A stretch of 64,000 nucleotides of DNA. Source: the human T2T-CHM13v2.0 reference genome, Homo sapiens. Positions 1 to 15,420 of the stretch are shown piece by piece; position 1 is the stretch's first letter, and every line of letters begins with the position of its first letter. The stretch lies in assembly GCF_009914755.1 (NCBI RefSeq), contig NC_060926.1; one strand, given 5' to 3'. A program made the translations under genes and the position numbers. A model generated the notes under the pieces. That model was not told where the DNA came from and ran no database searches. It saw nothing but the letters and a program-made list of their open reading frames with translations.

Positions 1-524
1 GATAATGCTGAATGTCCCAGTTACATTATCTAGAAGCAAAACTATCCATTGTGCCTATCTGCAGCCGACCAGAAGGGTCTTGGCCAAGTTCAGGGAATCA
101 TGGAAGCTAATAAAGGACCCCAGCAGACCAATATTCTGAGTTTAGTGCTGTTCACGTACTGAAGTAGGTGCTTAGAACATAATTTGCTGAATATGAATGA
201 ATGAATCTGCACCATTCAGCTATACCCCATTTTCCAGGATATTTATGCATAGCGACCGTGATGCTTAAATAAATATTTCCAGTGACATAAAGCAAGGAAA
301 TACAGTCTATACCAATTATTCCCAGCCATGCTGCTCCAAAATCTCATCTGGCAAATAGGGATCAGTATTGACAACGATTAATTAGCCTATCTCGTTTCTG
401 CCTGTGACAGCATTATAATTGCAAATGATGCCCAGAAGCTGGAAAGTAAACTTCAAACATTGTAGATGGAACTGTGCCCAGGGTGGCCTGTTTACCCAGT
501 GACAGCATGCATGTGTGAGCACGT

Positions 525-525
<1 letters not shown>

Positions 526-553
<28 letters not shown>
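526..553. repeat. (CA)n microsatellite
   Basis: Uninterrupted CA run of about 14 units, seen directly. Confidence 0.95.
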
Positions 554-555
<2 letters not shown>

Positions 556-1359
556 TGAGAACTATCAGGAAAGAAATGGCACATTTAGGTGAATGGTTCA
601 GGAGGAAGATGATAGGGTGAGCCATTGTCAACCAAATGTAGGCATTCCAGATGGATGATTAACCCCTGCGAGAAGCAAAAAGAAACTTTCCTTCTCCATC
701 ATTCTGCTACCCAAGAGATAAGGTCAGAATGTTGAGTCGCAGTTCCTCCCGGGAGAGAAGCCAGAAGTCAGCAGGGTTCAATGTGCAGTGAGGAGCTGCG
801 TAAGTGAATTATCACCCTCTTGCCTATGTGGATGTCATCCTTCCACCCACCCAGGGCTGGCTGCAGCCCCACCTACTGCACTGAATCTTTCTCTGGGACC
901 AGCCCAGTTAGACTTCATAGCTTGTGACTCTGATTCCCTGTCATTCAGTTTCTAGGTAGGACAACGATGATGAAAGGCCTTCATACAAACCTGTTGTTGT
1001 CCTGAATACATTTTTCTCTTATAGCATTATTTGATTTTTCATGTGTTTACCTGTTGCCTTGCCAATGGGAGAGAGAAGCTGGGAGAGCAAGAACCATGTG
1101 TAGTTCACAGATTGGTACCCCTTGTCCTCTCTTCCTCACTGACACCCTTGCTAGGCCAGGCAGATGGTAGTCAAGCAGTAAACACTGTGATTATAATGTA
1201 ATATGGTCCATGTGAATAGGTTTCTTTCATATGCACACTTCATTTTTACTCTTGAGTGTTGCTGCTTATGTTTACATCTTCATTTAGAATGCACAGTGAA
1301 CTTGGAGCTGTAGGAGAGAGGAAGGGTCTGGGAACTGGGGCCATGGGACAGTTTCTACG

Positions 1360-1450
1360 GCTCTGGGTGGCAGTCCCTCATCTGTGTGATGAGAAGACAG
1401 GAATGGACGGTCTCTTAGCCCCATTCAGCTCTGACTACTTTGATTCTATG
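1360..1450 (+). mobile_element. MIR3-like SINE 3' fragment
   Basis: cctcatctgtgtgatgag...ttcagctctgac...tgattctatg resembles the MIR core plus MIR3 tail. Confidence 0.55.
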
Positions 1451-2479
1451 GAAATTTTGGGGCTGAAAAAACAAACACATAAATTATTTTGGGCTCAAAC
1501 CTCATGGCTATTAGGAGCTGTGGCTGAGGATCCAGAACCATCAAGCAGGAAGGATTTTATGGGAGGCCATCGACCTCTCCAAAGACCTGTGCCCACACTG
1601 CCCAAGAAATAGAAACCTTCACTCATTTTACACAGATTTCTAAATCAGATGTGGGCATGCCCTCCTGGGGATGCTGGGGCACAGGGAATTGCAACTCTCC
1701 GGAAGTTCTTCCCCACGTCTAGCTTTAGGTTTCATATTTGCCTGACCTTGGGTAAACTTTCTTAGATATAACTTAGCATTTCTTTTGAAAGGCTTTTGGT
1801 CAGCTTTTGTCAGCCACTTTTTACTACTTTTAAAAAAAGTTTTCTTTATGTTCTCTCAAGACTAAGGCTCAGAACGTGTTACCTCAGAAAGCTGAGACCA
1901 GTGCTGGTGCCGGATAGCTGGATGGATAAACACACCTCACTATTCCCACACCAGCACTACTTCTCTTCATGTATTATGGAGCACCTCCGAGAGCTTCCAG
2001 ACCAGGAGAAGGGCATAATCAGACGTCACAGCCAATAATGAGCGTACGCAATGTGCCCAGTGTGGGGTCTACACCACAGTTAGACTATAGTGGTACGATG
2101 GGGGTCTCGGGGGTCCTGGATGGGTGAGATTGAACTGGCTCTGGAATGGTGGGCAGGATTTGGGTAACTGAAGAGGGAGGCACACTGAAAGTGCAGTGGC
2201 AGGAAGCTGGGAACATGTTGGATATGTCTGGCCCCTGTGATGACGCCAGGCTACTGGAGTCTCTGGGGAGAAGGGAGACAGGGGGATGGTCAGTGGGGGA
2301 TACAGTTTGCCATGCCCAGGCCAGGGACAGAGCTTTCAGGCTAATGAAGCCTTTGACTTAATTTGACACTAAATGTAGTACATATGGCACTGAAACTCTG
2401 GATTGTGTAGAAGGCCATGAGAATTGGGCTGAATTCTCCTTGTTCAGAGCTATGAAGGGAAATGTAGCAACAGGTATCT

Positions 2480-2650
2480 GTAGTCTCAAACATAGACAGG
2501 ATCTTAGAAACCAAATCGTGACTAATATTCTCATCTTATAGAGAAACTGGGGTCTAGACAGGCTAAGAAGTTTTGTTTTGTTTTGTTTTGTTTTCATGAC
2601 AAGAGCAGAGGTAAGGCGAGAACTTGGATCTTTAGTTTATAATCTAGGTT
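2480..2650 (-). mobile_element. MIR/MIR3 fragment
   Basis: ctcatcttatagagaaactggggtctagacaggctaag matches the antisense MIR core. Confidence 0.5.
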
Positions 2651-2655
2651 ATTCA

Positions 2656-3428
<773 letters not shown>

Positions 3429-4199
3429 TCTTGTAATCTATTCCTTATTGAAAGTGAAAAATTTCATTGATTTTTTTGTGGGTTTGTATTTAGAATAAAT
3501 ATGATTATGTAACTCATTACATAGGATCATAGAGGTTCAGGGCCTAGAAGGGCCATAAGGTTATTGAATCCAACTCTTCTCCATCAATCTGAGAATCCCT
3601 GGGCACCCATTAACAGGCTGCCTAACTGGTGGAATTTTATGAAATTAGATCATGTTCTAGGCAGCATGCAGTGAAGAGTTTCTAGAAGGGAAACCTCTCC
3701 AGCCTGTCTATCTACAGATGGCCAGATGGAGCCTGCACATGTGGATCAGTGCTTTGTGGTCATATCTCAGGTCTCTGCTATTTCTGTCCCCAATCCGGGG
3801 CATAGACTGTCCATCACAGGGAAAGCCAGGAATGGTCAGTACTGAGGTGGAAGTTTTTCTGACACCATCTTTATCTAGATTCTGAAGTAAATACCAAATA
3901 ACTACCAGAATGGCCTGACACTGTTTTCATCTGTATGTTGTTCCCTCTCTGATAGCATGGAGAGGCCTCAGGCCATTGCCAGAGCCCAGACTGCTTAGGT
4001 TACTTGGTCTCCAAAGAAGAAAGTGGGTGGAAATGGGCCATTTAGTATCAGGAATTTCTTGGTTTTCTCTTTTTAGTGGTGCACTTAACTTCTAATAGAG
4101 TCATTTAAAAAAAATAATGGCCACCTTTAGGTGTTCTAAGGCCCACCCTGCAGAGGCCACAGATAAGTATATTCACTTATCTGCGAATATGCTAATGGA

Positions 4200-5280
4200 T
4201 TCACAACAATCAATTTTAGAATATTTTAATCACCCCCCAAAGAACTCTGGTACCAATCAGCCATCACCCCTTAAGTTCCCTACCTGTCCAGCCCTAGGCA
4301 ACCACTAAGTTACTTTCTCTCTCTACAGATTTGCCTGTTTTGGACATTTCATATACATGGGGTCAAACAATATGTGGTCTTTTGCAACTGGCATTTTTCA
4401 CTTCCCATAATATTTTCAAGGTTCATACATGTTGCAGCCTTTTATTCTTTTTTATTACTGACTAATATTCCATTGTATAGATATGCCACATTTTATTTAT
4501 TCATCAATTGATAGACATTTGTTTTGTTTCTACTTAACAGCTATCAGGAATAATGCTGCTATGAATATCTGCATTCAAGTTTTTATGTACACACATGCTT
4601 TCATTTCTCTTAGATGTATATCTAGGAGTGAAATTTCTGGGTAACATGGTAATTCTATGTTTAATCATATGAGGAACTGACAGATTGTTTTCCAAAGTGG
4701 CTACACCATTTTACATTCACACCAGCAATATATGAAGGTTCCAATCTCTCCACATCCTTGTCAACACTTGTTATTATCTGTTTTTGTTTTTATTATACCC
4801 ATCCTAGTGGATGTGAAGTGGTATCTTATTGTGGCTTTTATTGCATTTCTATGATGGCTATTGATGTTGAGCATCTTTTTGTGTTCTTACTGGGAATTTG
4901 TATATCTCTTTTGGAGAAATGTCTACTCAAATTCTTTGGATTTTGAATTTTTAAATTGGAGTGCTTGGACTTTTTATTATTAAGTTGTAAGAGTTGTTTT
5001 TGCCTTCTGGATTCAGGTTTCTTATCCGACATAGCATTTGCAAATATTTTCTCTTATTCTGTGGGTTGTCTTTCTACTTTTCTTTAAAATGCAAAAGTTT
5101 TTAATTTGGATGAATTAATGTTTTTCCTTTGTTGCTTTTCCTTTTGGTGTCATATGCAAGAAACTATTGCCTAAAACATGGTCAAGGAATTTTACTCCTG
5201 TGTTTTCTTCTAAGAGGTTTATAGTTTTAGGTCTTATGTCTAAGGCTATGATCCCTTTTGAGTTAATTTTTCATGTATAA
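4200..5280 (-). mobile_element. L1MB-like LINE-1, 3' UTR plus ORF2 3' end
   Basis: Antisense L1M 3' UTR motifs (ccctaggcaaccactaa...ggacatttcatata) and ORF2 end (ttttccaaagtggctacaccattttacattc). Confidence 0.9.
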
Positions 5281-6299
5281 AGGAATCCTTTTGCCCCTTG
5301 CTGTTAGAAATTTTCAGGTTCTGTGAGCCTGTAAGTGGCCCTGAGTTACCTCTTCTGCCTCCTTGCTAATAGGGCGTGACCTGTTCCCAATGCGGGTGAC
5401 ATCAGCCCTATTGCTCAATGAGCAGAATCAGTCCTTATTAGGGACTGTTCCTCCCTGGGGCTTTTCAAAGAAGTGACCAGAGCTCCAGTCACTGAGAGGA
5501 CAGGCCCCGAACCCTTGCCTTTTCAGAGAAAAAAATAGAGATATTCTTGGTCTCCGAAGCTGAAATCCCAAGCTTCTTTTAGAGTCTGTAATGTCCTGAT
5601 AAGCTTTCTTCCCTTTTCATTCAGAAAGAAAGTATTCAGTGGCTAGAGACATAAGGCTTCCTCTGTATCCAAAACAGCTTAACATGTTTTATAAGGAAAC
5701 ATACAAAACTAGCAACAAATACAAGTTTAAAAAAGTGACATCAAGCACCTTGGAATGATTGCTTTTGGTGTGAATGAGAAGAATAAGAGTTGGGAGTGGG
5801 GATGCGGAGTAAGGATGGGGAACTAGAAACAAGCCAACAAAATGAGATAGCACCCTTCACAGACCAACAATTACAGTGTGCAGATGTTGAAGATGGTGAA
5901 TACTTCATCTCTGCTCCTCAGTGGCAGCAGGAAATTGGCCTATCATTGTAAATATATATATTTGTAAACCCTAGTATTTCTCAAGCACCAAAAAACGGAC
6001 CCATCATTGTGATAGTTAACTTTCATAAATTATCTCATTTTACATTCCAAAAAATCTGCAAAATAGATTTTTTAACCAGCCATCTTACAAATGAGGGAGC
6101 CAGGGCTAAGTTTTACATAACTAACCAAATTCTATTGTCTTCATTATATAAGTACAGGTACCTAGAAGAGGCAGTTATGAATATGTAAGATCAAATGACC
6201 AACATAAGATTGAGTCTCAGTGACTTTGGTGTAAGCACATGAGTTGCCCTCTATCTGGAGAAATAAGCTACTGTCTTATTAGCAAGATCTGCAGTCACA

Positions 6300-6507
6300 C
6301 AACGCTTTATGATTTGTAAAGGGCTTTGGTTTCCATTATTTCTTTTAATCCTGGTAGCTGTGAGTTTTACGTTACACATCACAGGTGAGGCACCTGAACC
6401 TCCCTGGGGTTAAAAGACTTTCCAGGATCACCTGGCATATAAATAGCTGAGCTAGAACTCAAACTCAGGTGTTTTGACTTTATATCCCATGCAGCTCATA
6501 CTACACC
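6300..6507 (-). mobile_element. MIR SINE
   Basis: acaggtgaggcacctga...gagctagaactcaaactcagg is the antisense MIR core. Confidence 0.7.
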
Positions 6508-7519
6508 GTCCTGAATCTCAATGAGAGGATTAGGAAACCTGAGATTCTTTATGGCATTTGTTAGAGAAATAAGGCAGGAGGGGGTTCTGAGCCTCGGTGG
6601 GCTCCCAGGGAGGAGAGGCAACACGAAAATATCACAGCGATTCACTGCCAGAGAAGGAGATGGGAATTAGAGGCATTTCCTAGGGGCTGCCTTTGATAGT
6701 ATCCAGATTTCTGAAGAAATGCGCTTAGGGAAAAGCATAAACATACGGAAATACCTGTGCTTGCTGCTGTTTGGATGTGTTCTTAATGTAAATGCTGTTT
6801 ATTACAATTTTTCCCTTCTAAATGTCTTCGTGCATTTTCCCCAAGTAGGTAAACAAGAAGCTGGGCTCAGCCATCTCAGTTGTTTTTTAATACTTATCCT
6901 GCACATGTCCAAATTGTGGCTTTACATGGCTGATCCTACCAGATTAACAATCTGGAATGTGAGATCCTGCATCACACTCAGAAAATACCTCTGAAAATGA
7001 GTTGGTATGAAATGATGTGTCTGTCGCTCATTTGGAACAGGCCCTGGCACTGGAGTCCCTTGGGGAACACTGGCCAATGGCCTTCTCCACCACTGCTGAC
7101 CCCTGGGCAAAGCTGGAGGCCAGCTCAGTCATTTAATTTGAACAAATCCAATAGAAAATGGTAAATTGAGGCAATTAATTAAAATCATTCTTTTCCTCTT
7201 GACTCTTGCACCTTTTCAGCCTGGACAATTTAGTTGAAAGTGGTGATGGATGCCTGAATTATCCAGATAATTACTTCTTTCTCACTTCATTAATAACATC
7301 GCCGTGTCTCCTTGTGAGAAGTCAGATGAGCTATTTGCTCCCTTACTGGTCAGAAAAGTAAGAGCCTTCCTGAAAGGAGGGAGGCGGAAAGGTGGGAGAG
7401 TCAGGTGGCACAGGCAGCTTCTGAGCCTGCCTCACTGAGGACCGGCCCCATCCTCAGGGCAGGTCAGCTCTGGTCTTGAGCCTGATTCCCCTCCTGACAA
7501 CGCTTCCTTCTCACCCCCA

Positions 7520-7557
7520 TCTCTCACTCCCTTTCTCCTCTCTTTCTCTCTCCACAG

Positions 7558-7588
<31 letters not shown>
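7520..7588. repeat. CT-rich / (TC)n simple repeat
   Basis: Polypyrimidine tract containing a (TC)n run. Confidence 0.85.
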
Positions 7589-7812
7589 GCCCCACCACCA
7601 AATCTCAGCTGCAATCTCCACCCTCACTAGGAAGGTGGTCTGTCCTATTCTTCCTCCTCTTTCTCACCCTTGCCATCTGTTGTCCCAATACCTCTGAATT
7701 CGTTGGTTTTTTGAGTTATTTTATGAACGGGGATGATGGCAGATGTGGAATTCACTACTTTGCTGCCTTAACAAAGTACCACAGACTGGGCGGCATAAAC
7801 AATAGACATTGA

Positions 7813-8216
<404 letters not shown>

Positions 8217-8374
8217 TGGATTCGGGTTTTTAATATTTAAGGTTTTTTGGTATACACATATTCATAAGTTAAACGGGACTATATTTTTTCTATCCTTTTA
8301 ATTTTACTCTATGTGTTTATAACTCTGATAAGCAGCTTATAGATAAATACTGTTTTAAAATTTAAAATTTTACT

Positions 8375-8709
8375 TTTTAAATTGACAGAATAATTATGCA
8401 TATTCATGGAGTACATTTACATGGGATACATATAATGTAATCAGATTAGGGTAATTAGCATATTCATCATCTCAAACATTGATCATTTCCTTGTGTTGGG
8501 AACAGTCAATATTCTCCTTCTAGCTATTTGAAGCTATGTAACGTATTATTGTTACCTGTAGTCATCCTAAGGTGCTATAGAACACTTGAACTAAAATCTA
8601 TCCTGCTGTAATTTTGTATCCTTTAACAAATCTCTCCCTATCCTTCCCGTTCCCCATCATTCCCAGCCTCTAGTATCCTCTGTTCTACTTTTAACTTCTA
8701 TGAGATTAA
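8375..8709 (-). mobile_element. L1MA (L1MA7/8-like) 3' UTR, 5'-truncated
   Basis: cagattagggtaattagcatattcatcatctcaaacatt...cctctagtatcctctgttctact matches the recalled L1MA 3' UTR. Confidence 0.88.
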
Positions 8710-8949
8710 AGCTGGTTTCATTTGAGGCCTCTCTCCTTAGCTTATAGATGGCCATCTTCTCCCTGCATCTATACGTGGTCTTCCCTCTGTGCATGTCTGT
8801 GTCCTAAGCTCTCCTTATAAGGACAACAGTCATATTAGATTAGGGCTCATCCTAACAACCTCCTCTAATCTCGTTACCTCTCTGAAGATCCTATCTGCAA
8901 ATATAGTCACATTCTGAGGCATTTGGGGTTAGGGTTTCAACACATGCCT

Positions 8950-9283
8950 TACTTTGCTCGGGCTGCCTTAACAAAATAGCTTCAACAACAGAAATGTATT
9001 TTCTCACAGTTCTGAAGGCTAGAAGGCTGAGATCAGAAGGAGGGCTGTCTCCTTTGCTTTCAGACAGCTGCCTTTTCACTGCATCTTCACATGGAAGGAG
9101 GATGAGTGGGGAGAGAGCTCTCTGGCATCTTTTATAAGGGCATTAATTCAATCATGAGGGTCCTACCTTCATAAACTCATCTAAACCTAATCACCTCCCA
9201 CAGGCCCCATCTCTTCATACCATCACACGGGGGATTAGGGCTTCAATATATGGATTTTGGGGGGCAGAACTGAGCCCCTAATA
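8950..9283 (-). mobile_element. MLT1A0-like MaLR LTR
   Basis: ggctgccttaacaaaata...ttctcacagttctgaaggctagaag...gggattagggcttcaatatatggattttgggggg. Confidence 0.85.
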
Positions 9284-10199
9284 GCTGAACGGGAACCGCA
9301 AACAAAAATAGGTCTACACTTCTGGTATTTCCTGAGAAAGGCTTTTAAAATCTTTGATAAGATTCTGTCAACTGACTAGCTGACCAGGCACAGTAGTCCT
9401 AATGGTCTTGAGAGTGCCTCGAATGTGGCCTGCCCAGTGTCTGAGTGCTTCCTGAGATGGGCTTTGGTCATGGTGTGTGCGGCAGTGGAGAAAGGTTGGA
9501 GGTTGCCTCTAGGGCACAACACTGGCAGATTTGGTACTGTACTCTGGTGACCACACAACCATGAAATCCTGTGGCATTCATTCCAGGAGTAGGACAAATC
9601 CAGAAAACTACTGCCCTAGGACACTCATAAAGCCTTTCAGCAGCAGCAGAATAACCCAGGAAGAAGAACGATAAAGCTTGTTGACTTTTGCTCTTTGGAG
9701 GCTATCTTTCTCCTAGCAGAGTAAACGCATCTCTAGGGGATTAAAGGCAGGCTCCAGAGAGCTATCGACTCCCACGCACCTTCAAGCCAGCAATCCTTTT
9801 AGCTCAAGAGATAACATAGCCGCTAACCTTGGCCTTCTCAGGAAGGGCAGGTCAGGGCTTTGATGCTGTGAGTGATTTTGTTGGGAAACAAGAGATATAA
9901 GGGTGTCCCTTGCAAGAAAGAAACACACTATAAAAAAACTATAAATTAGAAAAAGATTTATTTACATGAGATATTAGGCTTCTTCAGGAAAGTACTGGAA
10001 GAAATATTTTTGGCTATTCATTTATGAGATTTTTAAAGTGACATCATTGACATCAACCAGCCTAAAAAGAAAGACACAATAATAGCATATTTGGGAAAAA
10101 ATGATATTAAACTAAGACAAAAAAATTATATTGGTGGTCTGAGGAGTGTGATGAACTCAACAGCAGTTTGGCTCCATTATGGTCAGAGCATTTACTGTC

Positions 10200-10440
10200 T
10201 GATTTCAATCTTTTAAATTTGTTGAGGCTTGTTTATGGCACAGAAGATGTTCTGTATTGGTGAACATTCCATGGGCACTTGAGAAAAAGCACGTATTCTG
10301 CTGAGTTTGGTGTAGTTTTCTACAAATGGCAATTAGATCTTGTTGGTTGAGGGTGTTGTTGAGTTCCTTTACATCCTTGCTGATTTTGTCTGCTGGTTCC
10401 ATTAATTGCTGAGAATAGGGTATTGACGTCAGCACCTATA
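10200..10440 (-). mobile_element. Old L1 ORF2 endonuclease-domain fragment
   Basis: ORF 10205-10435 reads KISKDVKELNNTLNQQDLI...FFSSAHG, typical of the L1 endonuclease domain. Confidence 0.85.
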
Positions 10441-10681
10441 AATGAAGCTGGGGCTCAAAAGCCAAAACCAAACACACTGTGGCCTCCAGCTCTCAATCAA
10501 TCAATAAATCAGTGACAAAGCATGTATTGGTTAATTTCAGCATCCTTGGCCGTATCCTGGATGGTGAAGGAAAGAGGAGATATGGGCTTAGTTAAGAAAA
10601 CTTGGTATTTACATCATGTATGAAATAGATATGTATAGGTTCATGCTGATGTGCTGAAACATTTGTAACTTCCCTTTCTAA

Positions 10682-10970
<289 letters not shown>

Positions 10971-11214
10971 TTTAAAGATTTTTATGTGTTCAGTCAATTC
11001 ATCCTGTTAGCCAGACTTGGTTCTAGGTAACCATATAGAGCAATAAGAAGAAAGGCAGGCCTTCCACATGCTGGGTGATCTATGGAGCAGCTTACTCTTG
11101 TTATAGAACAAGTGGATCCTACACAGACCCAGAAGATACCCACCATTTATGCAGGGCTAGGTACTGATGCTTCCTTTGTTCATGCATCTCTTCTTTTTAA
11201 GGATGTGGACTACC

Positions 11215-11460
11215 AGCGTGGCTAGGAACTCAAGCTCTGAAGCCAGGGGCCTTTTCAGTTCTGCCACTCACTAGCTGTGTCATTTGGGGCATGGTATTTA
11301 ATTCCTTGGGCTTCTGTTTCCCTATCTGTAAAAAGGAGATCACAATAAATGATACCTACCTGACAGGGTTTTGTATTTATTAAATAAGTTAATACAGATA
11401 AGGCACTTGGCACAGTGCTGGTACTTGGTTAATAGTCCATAAGTATTAGTTATTATCATT
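11215..11460 (+). mobile_element. MIR SINE, near full length
   Basis: ctgccactcactagctgtgt...tttccctatctgtaaaaagg...cacagtgctggtac. Confidence 0.85.
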
Positions 11461-13115
11461 TGTCTACCAATATATCCTTTCACGTTCAGTTCCCTTTCTT
11501 CTATGGGTATGGGTCATTCCAGTGTGCAAACATAACATCCACTTCAGACTCTTCCCCAAGGATACCAAGATGAGTACAAAATGTTTTTCTTTTAGTTTAC
11601 TTCTAGCAAGACCTATATAAATAGTCAAACTATAAGACCAAATATCACCTTAAGAGAGATAAAGTGGCTGCTGGAGTCATGGGTGGTGGCCAAGTAAGAT
11701 GAACTGTTTTTACAAAAGACCCCAAACCTCTGAGAGATTTTGCAAATCATTCCTTTGGATGCTTGCAGAATGGTCAATGGACATTTTTGTGCTATTTGTG
11801 TTTTACTAAAGATGTCCATGTTATATCTTTTTTTACTAGGTGGAATTTCACATTTTTAGTGGAAATGCCAACTTCTTATTTTATACAAAATTTGCTTTTA
11901 CTTCTTATTTTGTATCTTTATATCTTCAATGCAGTTTCTGCAGAAACTTTGAAGCTTTCAAATTATTTTTTCAGGTAGGCTATCCTTTCATCTCTTTAAC
12001 ATCTATGTAAAACAAGTAATAATCTTCTCAGTTAATTTATAAAAAATCATCCAAAGCATAACTATGGGATAGCATTTGCAATCCAATCAAAAAAATCCAT
12101 GCTTTGGCTGAAAGTTGAGTTGCCTTTGAACTTCCTGAATGGTGTAGGGGATGAGCAGGGCTGCCCCGGCCACCAGTATCCAGGACCCCAGCCCCCAATC
12201 AGGGATGGAAAGTAAACCCTCACAATAAAGTCTGTTAGAGAGTTTCTTATGTTAAGGAATTCAGAGCTGGAATTCATCATTTTGTGATTTTTTTATGGTA
12301 GGGAAATACTTTCAACGTTTTAGTTTCATTGAAGATGAATACTACATGACAAAATGCCCCTCCCATTCACTAATCCAATCAGTTGTTCCAAACCTTCTCA
12401 AGGCTGTGACTCTCCCAGATCTAGCTGTGGCACCCTCACAAGGGAGAAAGGACTTTCAGCCCTTGGGGAAGTCTCTTAGTGTCCTATAATCTTCTTTACC
12501 TCATCCCCCAAGTATAGGGGTTTAATTAAGTAGGCCAAGATTCTTTAATTTTTATTCTCCCTCCTCTCACCCTCTGAATTCTACATTAATTATTTTCTGA
12601 CCATCACAACTCTTTTAAAACCATACTATCATACCATTCAAAAGATGTCCATTACAGGGTCTGATTTCAACTTATACACACGTTCTCAATATATATTTAT
12701 GGACTGTCAAGGTTTTTGTATGCCAGGTTAAGGATTCTAGATTCCCCATAAAAAGGAAGATTCAGTGAGGAATTTTGTATATGGAGAGATGAATCCTGCA
12801 GAAACAAAAACACTTAGATGTAGGACAGGGAAAACAGGAACACAGAAAAGAGAGTCCCAAGAAGTAAGAAAAGATACAGAAGAGAGTGGTGGTGCCCATC
12901 TTGCCTGCCCCAACCCTCTCTAGGTGGAGATGGCCATTGAAGGCTCAAGTCTAGGCTCTGCCCACCTGGGCTCTGAGCCCATGAGACCAAGGCCCACAGG
13001 ATCTGCCCATGAGACACCTCTTCCTCACTAATCAGTCAAGCCAGTAGCGGGTCTTCCTGTCCTAAACCTGGTTCCACTGTGCACAGAGAGCCCCTGAGTC
13101 CCATGTCCTAAAACA

Positions 13116-13571
13116 TGTGAAGGTTGATTAGACAAATTGGGTCATTCTTGTCATACTGAACCAAATAAGACTCCAGGGGCCAAGGGGAAAAAGCACTTGG
13201 GGCACAAAGCACCTGCTCCAAGAATTAAATTTTCTCCAAGCCCGGCTGCTAAAACAGCCTGGTGTAACCCTAAGACCAGTTTTGCCTAGTAGCTGCTAAA
13301 ACAACCTGCCTCTAAGACTAATTTTACCTACCACTGTCACTCACCAGTCAGAGCTTGCCAGCTCCCAAAAGCTTCTTTAGTGCCAAAGAGTTTTCTTTCA
13401 AAACAGTATGTGATATTTCTCTTTCTGATAAAACTCCCAATCCTCTTTTTGTTCTTCAGACCTAGGGAAGACCAGGGAGTCTGCGTGTTTGCCTTGAATT
13501 GGAATTCTTGCTTCCCAAATAAAAGGTTTTAAATTTGGAGATTTGTCTCTGTATATTATTTGACTTCAGCA
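13116..13571 (+). mobile_element. ERV1 solo LTR, MER65-like
   Basis: TG...CA termini and AATAAA at 13518-13523. The body resembles the recalled MER65C/D consensus (gggtcattcttgtcatac, cagagcttgccagctccc). No TSD visible. Confidence 0.75.
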
Positions 13572-13590
13572 GCTGCAGTCTCTGTGAAAG

Positions 13591-13870
13591 CAGTGGTGCA
13601 GCACAATGGTTCAGAACTGTGGCATCTGAAACTAGCTGGCCTGGGCTTGAGCCCTACTTAGGCACTTATTAGTCATGTGATTTTGAGCAAGTCACTTGAC
13701 TTTCTTATGCATTAGTTTCCTCACTCTAAAGATGGGAATAAGCGCAGCCCTGCCTTATAAAGTTACTCTTGTGATAATAATTAAATGAATTAACATGGCT
13801 TAACAGCATCTGGCAAAAGTAGGTAAGGACTTATACAAACATTAGCTGTGTACATTGTTGTTATTGTTAC
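13591..13870 (+). mobile_element. MIR SINE
   Basis: gtgattttgagcaagtcacttgac...agtttcctcactctaaagatggga. Confidence 0.8.
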
Positions 13871-14666
13871 ATTGTAACGTGTGCACAAATCATGGTTTGC
13901 AGGACATCTCCACTTACTGGAGCTCCCATGGCTGATGCGCTGCCAAACCCTTGCTAGCTCCTCTTCTGTTGCCCTCTGCTTCAAGCAGGGTGGACTTTCT
14001 CTGGAAGTAAAATGCCAGCACCTGTCTATTAGTTTGAACCATATATGACATTGCCATTTTTTGTAGGTCACAAATTATTGAACATTGACAATTTTCTATG
14101 GTTTAATCTAAAATAAGTAATGCTCTTGGCATAAACCTGCAAACAAACAACTGCACTTCACACTCTGAATTATGACCTTGACCTCCGTTTTGAGAACCAG
14201 CTTTAGTGTCAATTCTTTGAGTCCTAGACTTGCCCATTTTGGGCTTGCTACCTCCTCTGTTAACCCTAGGGCTGAGGAATGATAATAATGATGATAATAA
14301 TAGGGGATCCTCTATAGCTAAAGGGTATATATGATAGTTGCAAGGGGAACAGAAATCACTCTAACTTAGAATAGTGTGGCTGGTATATTTACCCTCAGAT
14401 TAGAGTAGTTATAACATAAGGCATAGATGGCCAGATGGTATCCTTTCACCCCATCTGCCTCATAAGGATCCCTAACTTCAAAAGTCTAATGTTAATTAGT
14501 AAGTGATAGTTGTCAACTTCTAGTTTAACCTTAGAATATTTATATATCATGGGACAACTTCCTAGGCACACAGTACTGTCACAAAAAGCTGTTATTTCCA
14601 TACCAACAGAAACGTGGGCGAAGCATATAAACAGACAGTTCCCGGTAAGGGACAGAATTCTTAAAT

Positions 14667-15090
<424 letters not shown>

Positions 15091-15230
15091 TCACTTCTCT
15101 GGACCCACTTCCTATTGTTTCTCCAGACTTAGTTTCAGGTTTGAAGATAAAGCTTCTTTAAGAGGTCAGTTAGAAAATGCAAGATCATCTTGTGTTTATG
15201 TGCCATATGCTCTTTTCATGACTCTCATTC

Positions 15231-15420
15231 GTCTCATCTCATCTCATCTCATCTCATCTCATCTCATCTCATCTCATCTCTTCTCTTCTCTTCTCTTCTC
15301 TTCTCTTCTCTTCTCTTCTCTTCTCTTCTCTTCTCTTCTCATCCCATCCCATCCCATCCCATCCCATCCCATCCCATGCCATCCCATCCCATCCCATCCC
15401 ATCTCATCTCATCTCATCTC
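15231..15420. repeat. Compound pentanucleotide microsatellite GTCTC(ATCTC)9(TTCTC)12(ATCCC)12(ATCTC)4
   Basis: Units counted directly. One unit of the ATCCC block is ATGCC. Confidence 0.97.

Noticed and set aside
1256-1612. 118-aa ORF
   Set aside because: Non-ATG start, overlaps a MIR3 relic, no recognisable homology.
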